Shown here: one piece after another, positions 46,708 through 57,056 of the stretch
How the letters are laid out: each line of letters opens with the position of its first letter
Numbering within the stretch: the first letter of the stretch is position 1
Translations under genes and position numbers: made by a program
The notes under the pieces: generated by a model
Told to the model about the DNA's origin: nothing
The model's database searches: none
The model's input: the letters and a program-made list of their open reading frames with translations, nothing else
Assembly: GCA_965248695.1 (NCBI GenBank)
Contig: CBDFKD010000002.1
Location: 5,344,001 to 5,408,000, forward strand
From: Acidobacteriota bacterium
GTDB lineage: Bacteria > Acidobacteriota > UBA890 > WLXD01
Length of the DNA stretch: 64,000 nt
Direction of reading: 5' to 3'

Positions 46708-47274
46708 ATGACTGAGACACGGGATCCGAGCCTCGAAAGCGACCCTGGCGACGATGCGTCCGAAGCCACCAACGGACCGGATGCCGGTGTCGACCTGACC
46801 GACGAGGTTGATTGCGCCCTCTCGTTAATCGCTGTCGTCGAGAGTCGCGTTCCGGAACCGTACCGGCTCGAGATTGTGCGCGCCCTCCTCCCCCAGGCCA
46901 TCGGCAGAGGGACCGGCGATGTCACGCCCTCGACGGTGACTCGACCGCGCGCTGCCTCCACCGGCTCACGACTGCAACTGGCGCCGTACGCATCGGTTCT
47001 ATCCACTCCCGGCAAGATGCTGTTGAAGGCCCTGGTGGCGCTCGAGGCCACTAGCCTTCAACTCGGTATCGAGTGGATGACCCCGAGCGAGATCGAACGC
47101 TTTCTCGCAGAGCGCGCCAGGGTGCCCTCGGTATACCGGACTAACCTGAGCAACGCGCTACGAGCGGCTCGCGATCTCGTCGATCGGCGACGACGCGGTA
47201 GGGCCTACGAGTACCGGATTACCCGCCGGGGCCGGGCCGCCCTTGAGCGCGACCTTGCCATCGGCGGCTCGTAA
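46708..47274 (+). CDS. Hypothetical protein with C-terminal winged helix
   Basis: SD-like GGAGG upstream; WMTPSEIERFL...NLSNALR...LVDRRRRGRAYEYRITRRG resembles a wHTH wing. Confidence 0.7.
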   Translation: MTETRDPSLESDPGDDASEATNGPDAGVDLTDEVDCALSLIAVVESRVPEPYRLEIVRALLPQAIGRGTGDVTPSTVTRPRAASTGSRLQLAPYASVLSTPGKMLLKALVALEATSLQLGIEWMTPSEIERFLAERARVPSVYRTNLSNALRAARDLVDRRRRGRAYEYRITRRGRAALERDLAIGGS

Positions 47275-48187
47275 CGTCGCCACTTTTGTCCTCAGGGCAC
47301 TTCGTCGTGGAGAACATCGCCACGGAGCTCAGTCTGTTCCGGTCGTTCTCGGCTCATCCGGCCGTGGCGCGATCTTGTCTGAAGGCTCGGCGGTCGCCCC
47401 GGAAGGGGATGGTCATCTGCAGCCAGGGTCCCGGCGACGATGTACGTAGCTCCCGCTCGGAGTGGCGCGACCTCGTAGCCTAGCGCTCCATCTCTAATTG
47501 GGCGCGGTGTTCAATCTGGCGCGAGGCGCATAGGCCGTCTCCGGCTCGCCGAGCCTCCCCGGAGGCGCGCCGCGGGTAGGGCCCTTCCCGGAAACGATGA
47601 ACGTGGCCGGCCGGCGATGCGGTGTGGTCACCGGACCATGCCGTCACGACGTCGAGTGCTCCTGCCGCCCGACGCCCATGGGCGTCGGTGGCTAGGGATC
47701 ACGACGCGCCGGCCGGCGCCTATTAGGCAACAAAACGCGGCGGGACGGTGGGTGACGGCATCTGCGCCCATCGAGCCCCTCTGAGCACCGAACAGATCAC
47801 GCTCGGTTCGAGGAGCGGGCGTCCGCGCCCTACCGTCAATAATCGTTTGAACCGTGACACTCGCCTGCAACACCGCCAGCGCTGGAGACCGGGGCGATCA
47901 ACTGCTGCGAGTGGCGACGTTCGTCACTAACTGAGTCTGGCTAGCCGCCGCTGGAACCGCTGGAAGGCCGCTTGAGCGAGGTCGAGACAAGGCGCGCAGA
48001 TGAGAGTCGATCCGGGTAGTTCCGGTATTCGAGCTCCAGTACTCTGCCTTACGCACCCGGTGTCCCTAGCGCTAGACATCCGCGCGTGTACCGCCCGCCT
48101 GGATCGGATAAATGGCTTCTACGGACATCTAGCCGCCGAGATCTCACGTCGCACCGCCCCGTGGAGCATGTCGCCCGCGCGTCGCCA

Positions 48188-48207
48188 AATGTCGGCGCGC
48201 CGACATT
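48188..48207. repeat. Perfect 20-bp palindrome AATGTCGGCGCGCCGACATT (candidate variant parS)
   Basis: 16-bp core TGTCGGCGCGCCGACA has parS length and TGT/ACA ends; lies about 140 bp downstream of parB. Confidence 0.5.
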
Positions 48208-48344
48208 CCCTGAAGCGTTACCTGAGTTTGTGAACTGGCGTGCGCGGGCGTGGCGCTCGGCGAATTGTGCCGACGACCACGGCGTCGCCCGGCCGGGACC
48301 CGTGTACGAACGGGTCATCGATGCGTGCCTGAAGGGTCCGCTAC

Positions 48345-49208
48345 TTAGTTGGCGGGAATGCCCTTGGATCGCAAGCTACGGATCGCCTCCAGCAGCGAGC
48401 GCTCGACATCCGCCAGGGAAACCTCTTCGTTCCCCAGGAAGACGGTCACGGTAACGCCCTCCTTCGACCGGAACGTCAGTCGACGCGGCGGGCGTCGCTT
48501 AGTCGTGTTGCCCGCCTCCGCCTGCGCCGCGGCCCTTTGCTCGGCACGCCGTATCTTTCGCAGATCATCACGAGTCAGTCCTTCGTCAACGACCCGTTGC
48601 GCCAGAGCCGCCATCTCCTCGGCGGTCTCGCGCCGGCAGATCTCGAGCATCAGGGACTTGCCGCGGATGCCGGCCGCCTCCAGCAGCGCGCGGACCTCAC
48701 GCGGCATGACCAACAAGTTGAGCGACTCGGTGACGCTGGTCCGCGACTTGCTGATGCGCTCGGCTACATCGTCGTGGGTGAAGCCAAACTGGTCGATCAA
48801 CGCTTGCAGGCCCTCCGCCTCCTCAAAAGCGGAGAGGTCCTGCCGCTGCAGATTCTCGATCAAAGCGATCTCGAGCGCGCGCGCGTCGTCTACGTCCAGG
48901 ACGATGCATGGCACCTCCTCGAGCTCAGCGGCGCGTGCCGCTCGGTAGCGACGCTCCCCCGACACGATCTGGTAGCCGCTCGCCGCACGGCGGACTAACA
49001 GGGGCTCGAGGATTCCTACGCGCTGGATCGAGGCTACTAGCTCTTCGAGGCGCTCAAAGGACTGGCGCGGCTGGTGAGGGTTGGGCCGCAACAATTCCAG
49101 CGGAAGGAACTGCCCGACGGCACTCGTGTGTTCCGTCGCCAGCTCTTCGACGAAATGGGCGTCGTGCCGCATACGTGTAGTCACCGGCAGGCCTCGTCGC
49201 TTAGACAC
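48345..49208 (-). CDS. parB: ParB/Spo0J partition protein
   Basis: PNPHQPR, GILEPLLVR, SGERRYRA (CTPase motif), ALIENLQRQDL. Confidence 0.93.
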   Translation of the reverse strand: MSKRRGLPVTTRMRHDAHFVEELATEHTSAVGQFLPLELLRPNPHQPRQSFERLEELVASIQRVGILEPLLVRRAASGYQIVSGERRYRAARAAELEEVPCIVLDVDDARALEIALIENLQRQDLSAFEEAEGLQALIDQFGFTHDDVAERISKSRTSVTESLNLLVMPREVRALLEAAGIRGKSLMLEICRRETAEEMAALAQRVVDEGLTRDDLRKIRRAEQRAAAQAEAGNTTKRRPPRRLTFRSKEGVTVTVFLGNEEVSLADVERSLLEAIRSLRSKGIPAN

Positions 49209-50004
49209 GCGCCAGTACCTCCTCTCCGAGCTTTGCGTACTGTTCCGCGCCAGTCGATGATGGCGCGTGGGTGAAAATCGCCTCTTTGTAAGCCGGACTT
49301 TCCTCCAGCCTCACGTTCCGGCTAATGACGGTGTCGAACACCTTGTCACCGAATACGCGCCGGACCTGCTCCACAACATCGCGCCCCAACACAGTTCGAC
49401 GGTCGAGCATTGTTATCAGCACTCCGAGGAGCTCCAGTTTCGGGTTCACTCGCTGACGCACCCGCTGCACGGTATCGAGCAGATCGTCGGTTCCCTCCAT
49501 CGCCAAATACGACGACTGAATCGGGATCAGCACGTGCGAAGCCGCTACAAGCGCGTTAACGGTGAGTAGTCCTAGTGTCGGCGGCGTATCAATAACTACG
49601 AAACGATACTTTTGCTCAACTGTGGCCAGTTGGTCGCGCAGCCGATAATGCCCGTCGAACTCGCCGGATAGCTTGATTTCGAGCTTCGCCAGCGCGATAC
49701 GGGCTGGGGCGACGTCGAGGCTTTCGAGCCGCGTGCGACAGATGATGCCGTCGAGCCCCAGGGTGGTCTCGACCAGCGCGTCGTAGATCGTGAGCTCGAA
49801 TTCGCTTGGATCGACAAAGGAGATCGTGCTGTGCGCCTGGGGGTCCAGATCAACGAGCAGCGTACGATGCCCCTTGAGCGCCAGTGCCGCTGCCAGATTC
49901 ACTGCGGTGGTCGTCTTGCCGACGCCGCCCTTCTGGTTCGTCACTGCGACGATCAGAGTCCGGCGATCGGCTTCGTCGGTCGTATAGCCGTTCCCAGAAT
50001 CCAC
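49201..50004 (-). CDS. parA: ParA/Soj ATPase
   Basis: NQKGGVGKTTT, DLDPQ, IDTPP, RLEESP; overlaps the parB start. Confidence 0.95.
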   Translation of the reverse strand: MDSGNGYTTDEADRRTLIVAVTNQKGGVGKTTTAVNLAAALALKGHRTLLVDLDPQAHSTISFVDPSEFELTIYDALVETTLGLDGIICRTRLESLDVAPARIALAKLEIKLSGEFDGHYRLRDQLATVEQKYRFVVIDTPPTLGLLTVNALVAASHVLIPIQSSYLAMEGTDDLLDTVQRVRQRVNPKLELLGVLITMLDRRTVLGRDVVEQVRRVFGDKVFDTVISRNVRLEESPAYKEAIFTHAPSSTGAEQYAKLGEEVLARV

Positions 50005-50238
50005 CCTGAGCGAGTCCTTCCGTACCGGCGCGCCGTCCCCGTGCCCGACGAGTCAAACCTACGGCGCCTGCTTGTTCCGGTTGCCCGGGTTCTATGGCCG
50101 CCACATTGCGCCTGCGCGCTCGCTTCATCCGCGCGCGGCGCGTCCCCCGAACCGGCTGCGAACCCTTCTTCGCTCGCGGGACGACCCATCATGCAGGAGG
50201 ACCCTGGAGAGCGCAACCGAATCGCCGGTCACGGAGCA

Positions 50239-50724
50239 CTACATCTCGTATTTCGAGAACTCGTCGGGGTCCAGATTCTCGAACCAGCGCCGTAGGCGCT
50301 CCGAGCTCGACAGATCGCGGTCGTCATCGACGGAGCGGGCCTGGTCTAGTACCGACTCTTCAACGAAGATCGGGGCCTCGGTGCGAAGTGCCAGAGCAAC
50401 GGCGTCGCTGGGGCGTGAGTCGACCGTGACCTCGCTACCGCCGACGTCCATATAAATCAGCGCGAAGTACGTGTTCTCCCGTAGATCGGTGACCACGATC
50501 TTGTCGACCCGAGCGCCGAACGCACCCACCATGCTGTGCAACAGGTCGTGCGTCATCGGACGTGGCGTATCAATCGCCTCGACCTTCAAGGCGATCGCGT
50601 TGGCCTCGAAAATCCCTACCCAAATCGGTAGCACATGGTTTTCCGATTCATCCTTGAGGATGACGATCGGCATGTTCGTCACAGGGTCAACCATCAGACC
50701 CTTGACCTTCATCTCGACCTGCAT
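50239..50724 (-). CDS. Bifunctional nuclease family protein (DUF151)
   Basis: LPIWVGIFEA, PRPMTHDL, DSRPSDAVALALR. Confidence 0.92.
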   Translation of the reverse strand: MQVEMKVKGLMVDPVTNMPIVILKDESENHVLPIWVGIFEANAIALKVEAIDTPRPMTHDLLHSMVGAFGARVDKIVVTDLRENTYFALIYMDVGGSEVTVDSRPSDAVALALRTEAPIFVEESVLDQARSVDDDRDLSSSERLRRWFENLDPDEFSKYEM

Positions 50725-50800
50725 GCGGCGCTCCTCGCTTGGAAACGACTATACGCGCGCTTCGAAGAACGGATCAAGCATCGTACACGCCTACTGATCT

Positions 50801-52222
50801 TCAGTGCGCTTCGCCCACGGCGCGGCCGTAGAGGCTATGCGCTGCGTGTGCGGTGATCTCCACATCGACCAATCGGCCGATGAGCCCCTGATCTCCAGGT
50901 ATGTTGACGATGTGATTCGAGGGGGTTCGCCCCGAGACGTCTTCCTCGGTTCGTTTGCTGATCGAGTCGACCAGAACCTCGACGCGCCGCCCGATCCAGG
51001 CGGCGTTGTGACGCTTCTGAATCTGGCGCCCGACCTCCTGGAGCTCGAGAAGTCGTTCGCGCTTGACCGCCGCGGGCACGTCGTCCTCATAGTTGAGCGC
51101 CGCTGTTTCCGGGCGCTGCGAATACTCGAACGAGTAGAACGAGTCGTACTCGACACTCCGAACCAGGCCGAGGGTGTCGCTGAAGTCGGTCTCCGTCTCG
51201 CCGGGAAAGCCGACGATCAGGTCGGTCGACAAGCCGACATCCGGTACCTGATCACGCAGCGCCTCGATCTGTCGCCGGTACGTATCGGTCGTGTAGTGCC
51301 GGTTCATCTGAAACAGGATCCGGTCGGAACCGGATTGCACCGGAAGGTGGATATGGTTCGCCACCGTAGGGCACGCGGCCATCGCCTCGATAAGGCGCGG
51401 TGACAGATCTTTGGGATGGGACGTCAGGAAACGAACGCGCTCGACCCCCGGGCTCGCGCCGGTTGTCGAAGCCAGTAGGTCGTCGATCGCCACCAGGAGC
51501 GCCGGGAAACCCATCCCGTTGTCGGGGTCAACCCATGAGTTCACGTTCTGTCCCAGCAGCGTCACCTCGCGATAGCCCCGTAGTCCAAGGCCGCGAATCT
51601 CGTCGAGGATCGCGTCGCCGCTACGATAGGTTTCGAGACCTCGAGTACTCGGGACGATGCAGAACGAGCAGTAGTTGTTGCAACCCTCCATGATGGTCAC
51701 AAACGCGCGTACGCGGTCCTCGCGGCGCGCCCCCGGAGCTTCGAACTGCACCTGATCCTCGGTGTTGACCTGTGGTCCGTGCCCCGACTGAACACGGCCG
51801 AGGACACCCTCCAGGCTGTGGATGGCGCGCGTACCGATAACGAAGTCCACACTGGGCTGGCGCTCGATGATCTCTGCACCGCGCTGCTGTGCGATGCAGC
51901 CGGTGACACCGACCAGCACTTCCCGGGGCTCGCTACCGCGGCCGCCCTCACGGCGCAGAACGTCCTTCATCTGTCGCAACCTGCCGAGCTGTGAGAACAG
52001 CTTGTCCTCGGCGCGCTCGCGTACGGAGCAGGTGTTTACCAGCACGACGTCGGCGTCCGACGCGTGCTCGGCGGCCTCGTATCCCATGCCTGCCAGGAGA
52101 CCGGCATAGATCTCGGAATCGTGAACGTTCATCTGGCAGCCGAACGTCTTGATCCAGTAGCGCGGCTTGCGGCTGGCGCTACCGCTCGCGTCGGGCATAC
52201 ACAGGCTCTGTTGATCGGTCAT
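50801..52222 (-). CDS. miaB: tRNA ms2i6A37 methylthiotransferase MiaB
   Basis: TFGCQMN, NTCSVRE, GCNNYCSFC radical-SAM motif, LLGQNVN, C-terminal TRAM domain. Confidence 0.96.
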   Translation of the reverse strand: MTDQQSLCMPDASGSASRKPRYWIKTFGCQMNVHDSEIYAGLLAGMGYEAAEHASDADVVLVNTCSVRERAEDKLFSQLGRLRQMKDVLRREGGRGSEPREVLVGVTGCIAQQRGAEIIERQPSVDFVIGTRAIHSLEGVLGRVQSGHGPQVNTEDQVQFEAPGARREDRVRAFVTIMEGCNNYCSFCIVPSTRGLETYRSGDAILDEIRGLGLRGYREVTLLGQNVNSWVDPDNGMGFPALLVAIDDLLASTTGASPGVERVRFLTSHPKDLSPRLIEAMAACPTVANHIHLPVQSGSDRILFQMNRHYTTDTYRRQIEALRDQVPDVGLSTDLIVGFPGETETDFSDTLGLVRSVEYDSFYSFEYSQRPETAALNYEDDVPAAVKRERLLELQEVGRQIQKRHNAAWIGRRVEVLVDSISKRTEEDVSGRTPSNHIVNIPGDQGLIGRLVDVEITAHAAHSLYGRAVGEAH

Positions 52223-52303
52223 TGGAGAGGCTTGCCCGGAGTGTGCGGATAGATGGGATCGCTCGGCGTCCGGAACGGCGCACGGCGTTCTGCGCGAGCC
52301 GGA

Positions 52304-52954
52304 TTATAGCAGCCGCGAACCCAGGAACTGGCGCAGATCGGTCTCGCTGACAGCCCCGTGTCGGAGGATCCGGGCCGGCTCTCGGGTGATGTCGACGAGT
52401 GTAGATGGACGATTCGCCCGCGTTGGCCCGACGTCGACGGTGCCCGCCAGGCCGCCGGGCTCGAGCTGCAGAGCATCGACCGTGGTTGCCGCGGGCTCGC
52501 CCGTACGGTTGGCAGACGTACCGGACAGCCCGCCGACGCGGCCGGCGATGCGCCGCGTCACTGCCGTACCGGGCACGCGCACGGCGACCAATCCTGTGGC
52601 GCTGACCAGTGGGGGCGCGAGATCAGCGGCGGCCGGCATCAGCAGCGTCAACGGTCCAGGCCAGAATCGCGCCGCGATCTGCTCCAGCAGCGAGCTCGCA
52701 GTCGGTGCCAGTTGACGCGCGGCCACCACCGTCGGGACCAGCGCCAACAGCGGCTTCTCCGGACCGCGGCCCTTGAGGCGTTGCACGCGCTCGAGTGCGT
52801 CCGCACAGCTGATATCCGCGGCCAGCGCGTACGAGCTTCCGGTAGGCACGGCGACGATTCCACCGTCCTGAATCATCGAAACTATGGCTTCAAGCTCGCA
52901 ACCGAGGTCCGCATTCGAGCGGATGACCCAACACTGCATCTCATCTCCGGCCAC
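52304..52954 (-). CDS. tsaC: Threonylcarbamoyl-AMP synthase (TsaC/YrdC)
   Basis: KGRGPEKPL, FWPGPLT, VAVRVP, TSANRTG, PSTLVD. Confidence 0.9.
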   Translation of the reverse strand: MAGDEMQCWVIRSNADLGCELEAIVSMIQDGGIVAVPTGSSYALAADISCADALERVQRLKGRGPEKPLLALVPTVVAARQLAPTASSLLEQIAARFWPGPLTLLMPAAADLAPPLVSATGLVAVRVPGTAVTRRIAGRVGGLSGTSANRTGEPAATTVDALQLEPGGLAGTVDVGPTRANRPSTLVDITREPARILRHGAVSETDLRQFLGSRLL

Positions 52955-53062
52955 TGACAGGCTCTTTCAGGTTAACCTGGGCGCTCCGGGCCGTTGGCCT
53001 GGCTCTCTCTCTCTCGCCCGTCGCGCCACGTCTCTGTTTCCCTGAGGTGCCCGAGCCGCCCG

Positions 53063-54451
53063 ATGCATGACGCCGCCTCAGGTGATCTGTTCGGTCCGCC
53101 GGACGGGCCTGCCAGTCCCGCCGAGATCGATCCCGGGGCACCGCTCGCCGAGCGCATGCGCCCACGGACCATCGAGGAGGTAGTCGGCCAGGAGCACCTG
53201 CTGGGCGATGGCAAGTTGCTGCATCAATTCGCCATCTCGGGGCGCCTGACTTCGCTGATCCTCTGGGGGCCCGCCGGCGTCGGCAAGACGACCCTGGCGC
53301 GCATCGTCGCAGTCGCCGGTGACAGCCGCCTCGTCGAGCTGTCGGCGACGACGGCAGGGGTCAAGCAGGTTCGTGAGACGGCGGAACAGGCAGCTCGGCA
53401 GCGGCGCCATTCCGGCGGCCGGACCGTCCTGTTCATCGATGAGATTCATCGCTTCCACAAGGGCCAGCAGGACGCCCTCCTCCCGTGGGTGGAGAATGGG
53501 TCGATCGTGCTCATCGGTGCTACTACCGAGAATCCCTCTTTCGAGGTGGTGCCCCCGTTGTTGTCACGATGCCGCGTCGTGCGGCTTGCGACGCTGACGA
53601 CGGACGACCTCGAGCAACTTCTCCGGCGCGCTCTCGCCACGCCCGGGCCGCGCGGTCTCGACGCATCGTCGGTCGAGTTTCCCCCGGCGCTCCTGAGCCA
53701 GATCGCCGCCCTGGCCGACGGTGACGCCCGCGCCGCGCTGACGGCGCTGGAGCTCGCCGTCGGTCTGGCTCGCCAGCGGGACCCGAAGGACGCGGTTGTG
53801 AACGGAGGCGACGTCAAGGAAGCGCTGCAGCGTCCGCACCTGCGCTACGACCGCGAAGAGCACTTCAACCAGATCTCGGCGTTACAGAAGAGCATCCGAA
53901 ACAGCGATCCCGATGCGGCCCTCTATTGGCTGGCCCGCATGCTCGAAGCAGGTGAAGCACCCCTGTACGTGGCTCGGCGGCTGGTGCGGATCGCCAGTGA
54001 AGACATCGGCCTCGCCGACCCAACGGCGCTTCCGGCCGCCGTCGCCGGCATGCAGGCGATGCACGCCATCGGCATGCCGGAGGGCGCGCTGGCGCTGGCA
54101 CAGGTGGCGATTCACCTGGCGTCGGCACCCAAGAGCAATAGCCTCGAGGCCGCATACATTGCTGTGGTGGACGAGATCCGCGCAAGCGGCAGCCTGGCCG
54201 TGCCGCTGCATCTGCGCAACGCTCCGACCCGCCTGATGAAGGAGGAAGGGTACGGTCAGGGTTATGTCTACGCGCACGACCTGGCAGATGGGGTCGCGGC
54301 GATGACCTGCCTGCCGGAAGAGATCCAGGACCGGCGCTTCTTTGTGCCCGGCGAGCGCGGGGCCGAGGTCGAGATTGCGAAACGAATGCGGGCGGCTGCC
54401 CGGGCCAATCGAACTCCCGCGAACCCGGATGCCGTCGACGACTCGGGCTAG
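53063..54451 (+). CDS. rarA: Replication-associated recombination protein RarA/MgsA
   Basis: [48 protein letters not shown]. Confidence 0.95.
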   Translation: MHDAASGDLFGPPDGPASPAEIDPGAPLAERMRPRTIEEVVGQEHLLGDGKLLHQFAISGRLTSLILWGPAGVGKTTLARIVAVAGDSRLVELSATTAGVKQVRETAEQAARQRRHSGGRTVLFIDEIHRFHKGQQDALLPWVENGSIVLIGATTENPSFEVVPPLLSRCRVVRLATLTTDDLEQLLRRALATPGPRGLDASSVEFPPALLSQIAALADGDARAALTALELAVGLARQRDPKDAVVNGGDVKEALQRPHLRYDREEHFNQISALQKSIRNSDPDAALYWLARMLEAGEAPLYVARRLVRIASEDIGLADPTALPAAVAGMQAMHAIGMPEGALALAQVAIHLASAPKSNSLEAAYIAVVDEIRASGSLAVPLHLRNAPTRLMKEEGYGQGYVYAHDLADGVAAMTCLPEEIQDRRFFVPGERGAEVEIAKRMRAAARANRTPANPDAVDDSG

Positions 54452-56943
54452 CTGATTCCGGGTGCCCGGCGCCGCGATACCTTCTTCTTGCGGCGCGGCG
54501 CCGAGCTGGCCGCGGCCTTGCGCGGAGCCGGAGGCAACGCCATCAGCGCGTGCTCGAGAGCCTCCTCAACCCGGTCTATGAACACGAAGTCCAGCCCCTT
54601 GCGCGCCGCTTCCGGTATCTCTTCGAGATCCTTCTCGTTCTTCCTCGGCATGAGGACCCGCTTGAGCCCGGCGCGGTGCGCCGCCAGGACCTTGTTCTTG
54701 ATGCCACCCACCGGAAGCGCCAGACCACGTAGGGTGAGCTCGCCGGTCATGCCCAGGTCGCTGGCGACCCGGCGACCGGTGAACAACGAGGCCAATGCCA
54801 CCAGCATCGCGACGCCCGCCGACGGTCCGTCCTTCGGGGTGGCGCCGGCAGGAACGTGAACGTGTACGTCGTAGGTCTTGAACGTGCCGTCGGCAATACC
54901 GAGCTCGCCAGCGTGGCCACGCAGGTACGACATCGCCGCCTGGGCGGACTCCTTCATGATCTCACCGAGCTGGCCGGTGAGACGCAGCTCCCCCTTCCCC
55001 TTCATGCGAGTCGCTTCGATGAAGAGAATGTCGCCACCGCTCACGGTCCAGGCGAGGCCGACCGCAACGCCGGGAACGGCTGTCCGCTCGGCGACGTCGG
55101 AAAAGAACTTGATGGGTCCGAGGAAACCATGCAGATCGCCAACGGTGACCTCGAGAGGCTCGGCGGGAGCCGCCTCGGGGTCGTCGATACGTTCCGCAAC
55201 CAAGCGCGCGCGGGCACGGCAGATCGCCGCCACCTCGCGTTCCAGGCCGCGCACTCCGGCTTCCTCCGTATAGTCGCGCACGATCGCCGCGATGGCGCCG
55301 TCGGCGAACCCGAGTTGCTCCGGCGTCAGGCCGTGATCATCAAGCTGACGCGGTACAAGGTAACGCTGAGCGATCTCCACCTTCTCTTCGGCCGTATAGC
55401 CCGGCAACTCGAGGATCTCCATCCGATCGCGCAACACAGCGGGTATGCCCTCGGGCATGTTGCCGGTGGCGATAAACAGCACCCGCGAGAGGTCGAAGTC
55501 GACCTCCAGATAGTGATCCGAAAACGTATCGTTCTGCTCCGGATCCAGCACCTCCAGCAGAGCAGAGGACGGATCGCCGCGGAAGTCCTGGCCGACCTTG
55601 TCGATCTCGTCGAGCATGAACACCGGGTTCATCGACGCGGCGCGCTTGATTCCCTGGATCACGCGGCCAGGCATCGCACCCACATAGGTGCGCCGATGGC
55701 CGCGGATCTCCGCTTCGTCGTGCACGCCCCCGAGTGAAAGCCGCACGAACTCACGCCCGAGAGCCGCCGCGATCGAGCGACCCAACGACGTCTTGCCCAC
55801 TCCGGGGGGGCCGATGAAGCAGAGGATGGGTCCGCGCTTGTCGGGCTTGAGCTTGCGCACGGCCAGGTACTCGATAATCCGCTTCTTCACCTTTTCCAGG
55901 TCGTAGTGATCCTGGTCGAGAAGCTCTGCGGCGGTCTTCAGATCGAGATTGTCCTCGGTGTACGTGCCCCACGGCATGTCGAGAATCCACTCGAGATAGG
56001 TTCGCAACACGTGGTGCTCGGCAGCGGCCGGCGACATCCGAGCCAGCCGATCGAGCTCCTGGGTTGCTACCTTGCGAACCTCATCGGTCATGACGGCTTC
56101 GTCGATACGGCGACCGAGCCGTTCGATCTCGGCGTCGTCCTCTTCCTCCCCGAGCTCCCGCTTGATGGCTCGCAAGCGCTCTCGCAGATAGATCTCGCGC
56201 TGGCCGCGATCGATCTCGCCTTGCACCTCCGATTCGATCTTCTGGGACAGCTCGAGCACCTGGACCTGATGCGTGAGCTGCCCGAGCAACACGGTGAGCC
56301 GGTCCGCTACGGAGACCGTTTCCAGCACCCGTTGCTTGTCGTCGACACTGGTGGCGATATGAGCTGCGATGATGTCGACCATGTCACCGGAGCGAGCCGC
56401 CGCCCTCGCCAACCCCTCGAGCTCCGACGGTAGGTTGGGCGACAGCTCGATGAGCTGACGCAAGAGACGCATGGCGCTGACGCGCTTCGCCTCCATCTCG
56501 ACGGTTAGGGATCCTGGCTTCTCCGGTACCTCGAGCCATGCGGCGTGCATGTACGGATCTGTCGAGGTGACCTCGGCGAGGCGCAGGCGTTGGACGCCCT
56601 GGACGATGACGTTGAGGTTGCCGTTCGGCAGCTTCAGAACCTTCACCAGGCGCGCCAGCGTCGCCACCTCGTGCAGATCATCCGCCAGCGGCTCCTCTAT
56701 CTGGGCGTCGCGCAAAGCGGTGACCGCCACCAGCCGATCGTTGTCGAGGGTCTCCGTGACCAGCTGCTGTGAGGGCTCCCTGCCGACGAGCACCGGCATG
56801 ACGACGCCCGGAAACAACACCGACCCACGTAGCGGCAACACGGGCAGCGTCGCCGGGAACTCGATGTCTGTTTCCGCCGGGTAACCGAGCTCCTGCTGGA
56901 TCTCGGCGTCCAGATTGCTGTCGAACGGATCGGAATCAGCCAT
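54448..56943 (-). CDS. lon: ATP-dependent protease La (Lon)
   Basis: [20 protein letters not shown] (Ser) and GGIKNK (Lys) dyad. Confidence 0.97.
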   Translation of the reverse strand: MADSDPFDSNLDAEIQQELGYPAETDIEFPATLPVLPLRGSVLFPGVVMPVLVGREPSQQLVTETLDNDRLVAVTALRDAQIEEPLADDLHEVATLARLVKVLKLPNGNLNVIVQGVQRLRLAEVTSTDPYMHAAWLEVPEKPGSLTVEMEAKRVSAMRLLRQLIELSPNLPSELEGLARAAARSGDMVDIIAAHIATSVDDKQRVLETVSVADRLTVLLGQLTHQVQVLELSQKIESEVQGEIDRGQREIYLRERLRAIKRELGEEEDDAEIERLGRRIDEAVMTDEVRKVATQELDRLARMSPAAAEHHVLRTYLEWILDMPWGTYTEDNLDLKTAAELLDQDHYDLEKVKKRIIEYLAVRKLKPDKRGPILCFIGPPGVGKTSLGRSIAAALGREFVRLSLGGVHDEAEIRGHRRTYVGAMPGRVIQGIKRAASMNPVFMLDEIDKVGQDFRGDPSSALLEVLDPEQNDTFSDHYLEVDFDLSRVLFIATGNMPEGIPAVLRDRMEILELPGYTAEEKVEIAQRYLVPRQLDDHGLTPEQLGFADGAIAAIVRDYTEEAGVRGLEREVAAICRARARLVAERIDDPEAAPAEPLEVTVGDLHGFLGPIKFFSDVAERTAVPGVAVGLAWTVSGGDILFIEATRMKGKGELRLTGQLGEIMKESAQAAMSYLRGHAGELGIADGTFKTYDVHVHVPAGATPKDGPSAGVAMLVALASLFTGRRVASDLGMTGELTLRGLALPVGGIKNKVLAAHRAGLKRVLMPRKNEKDLEEIPEAARKGLDFVFIDRVEEALEHALMALPPAPRKAAASSAPRRKKKVSRRRAPGIS

Positions 56944-57056
56944 TTCTCGTTGTTCGCTCTCTCGATTGGGCGCCGGTAGCAGCTACCCTCGCGGATATCG
57001 TACCGCGCCCCATTCGTCCGTATAGCGCAGCGCCGCTCAGCCGCACGCTGCAGAGG

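Noticed and set aside
49288-49306. Minus-strand GGAGGAAAGTCCGGCTTA resembling the RNase P RNA conserved core
   Set aside because: It lies inside parA and encodes the conserved LEESPAY peptide; the two RNase P motifs are fused with none of the intervening structure
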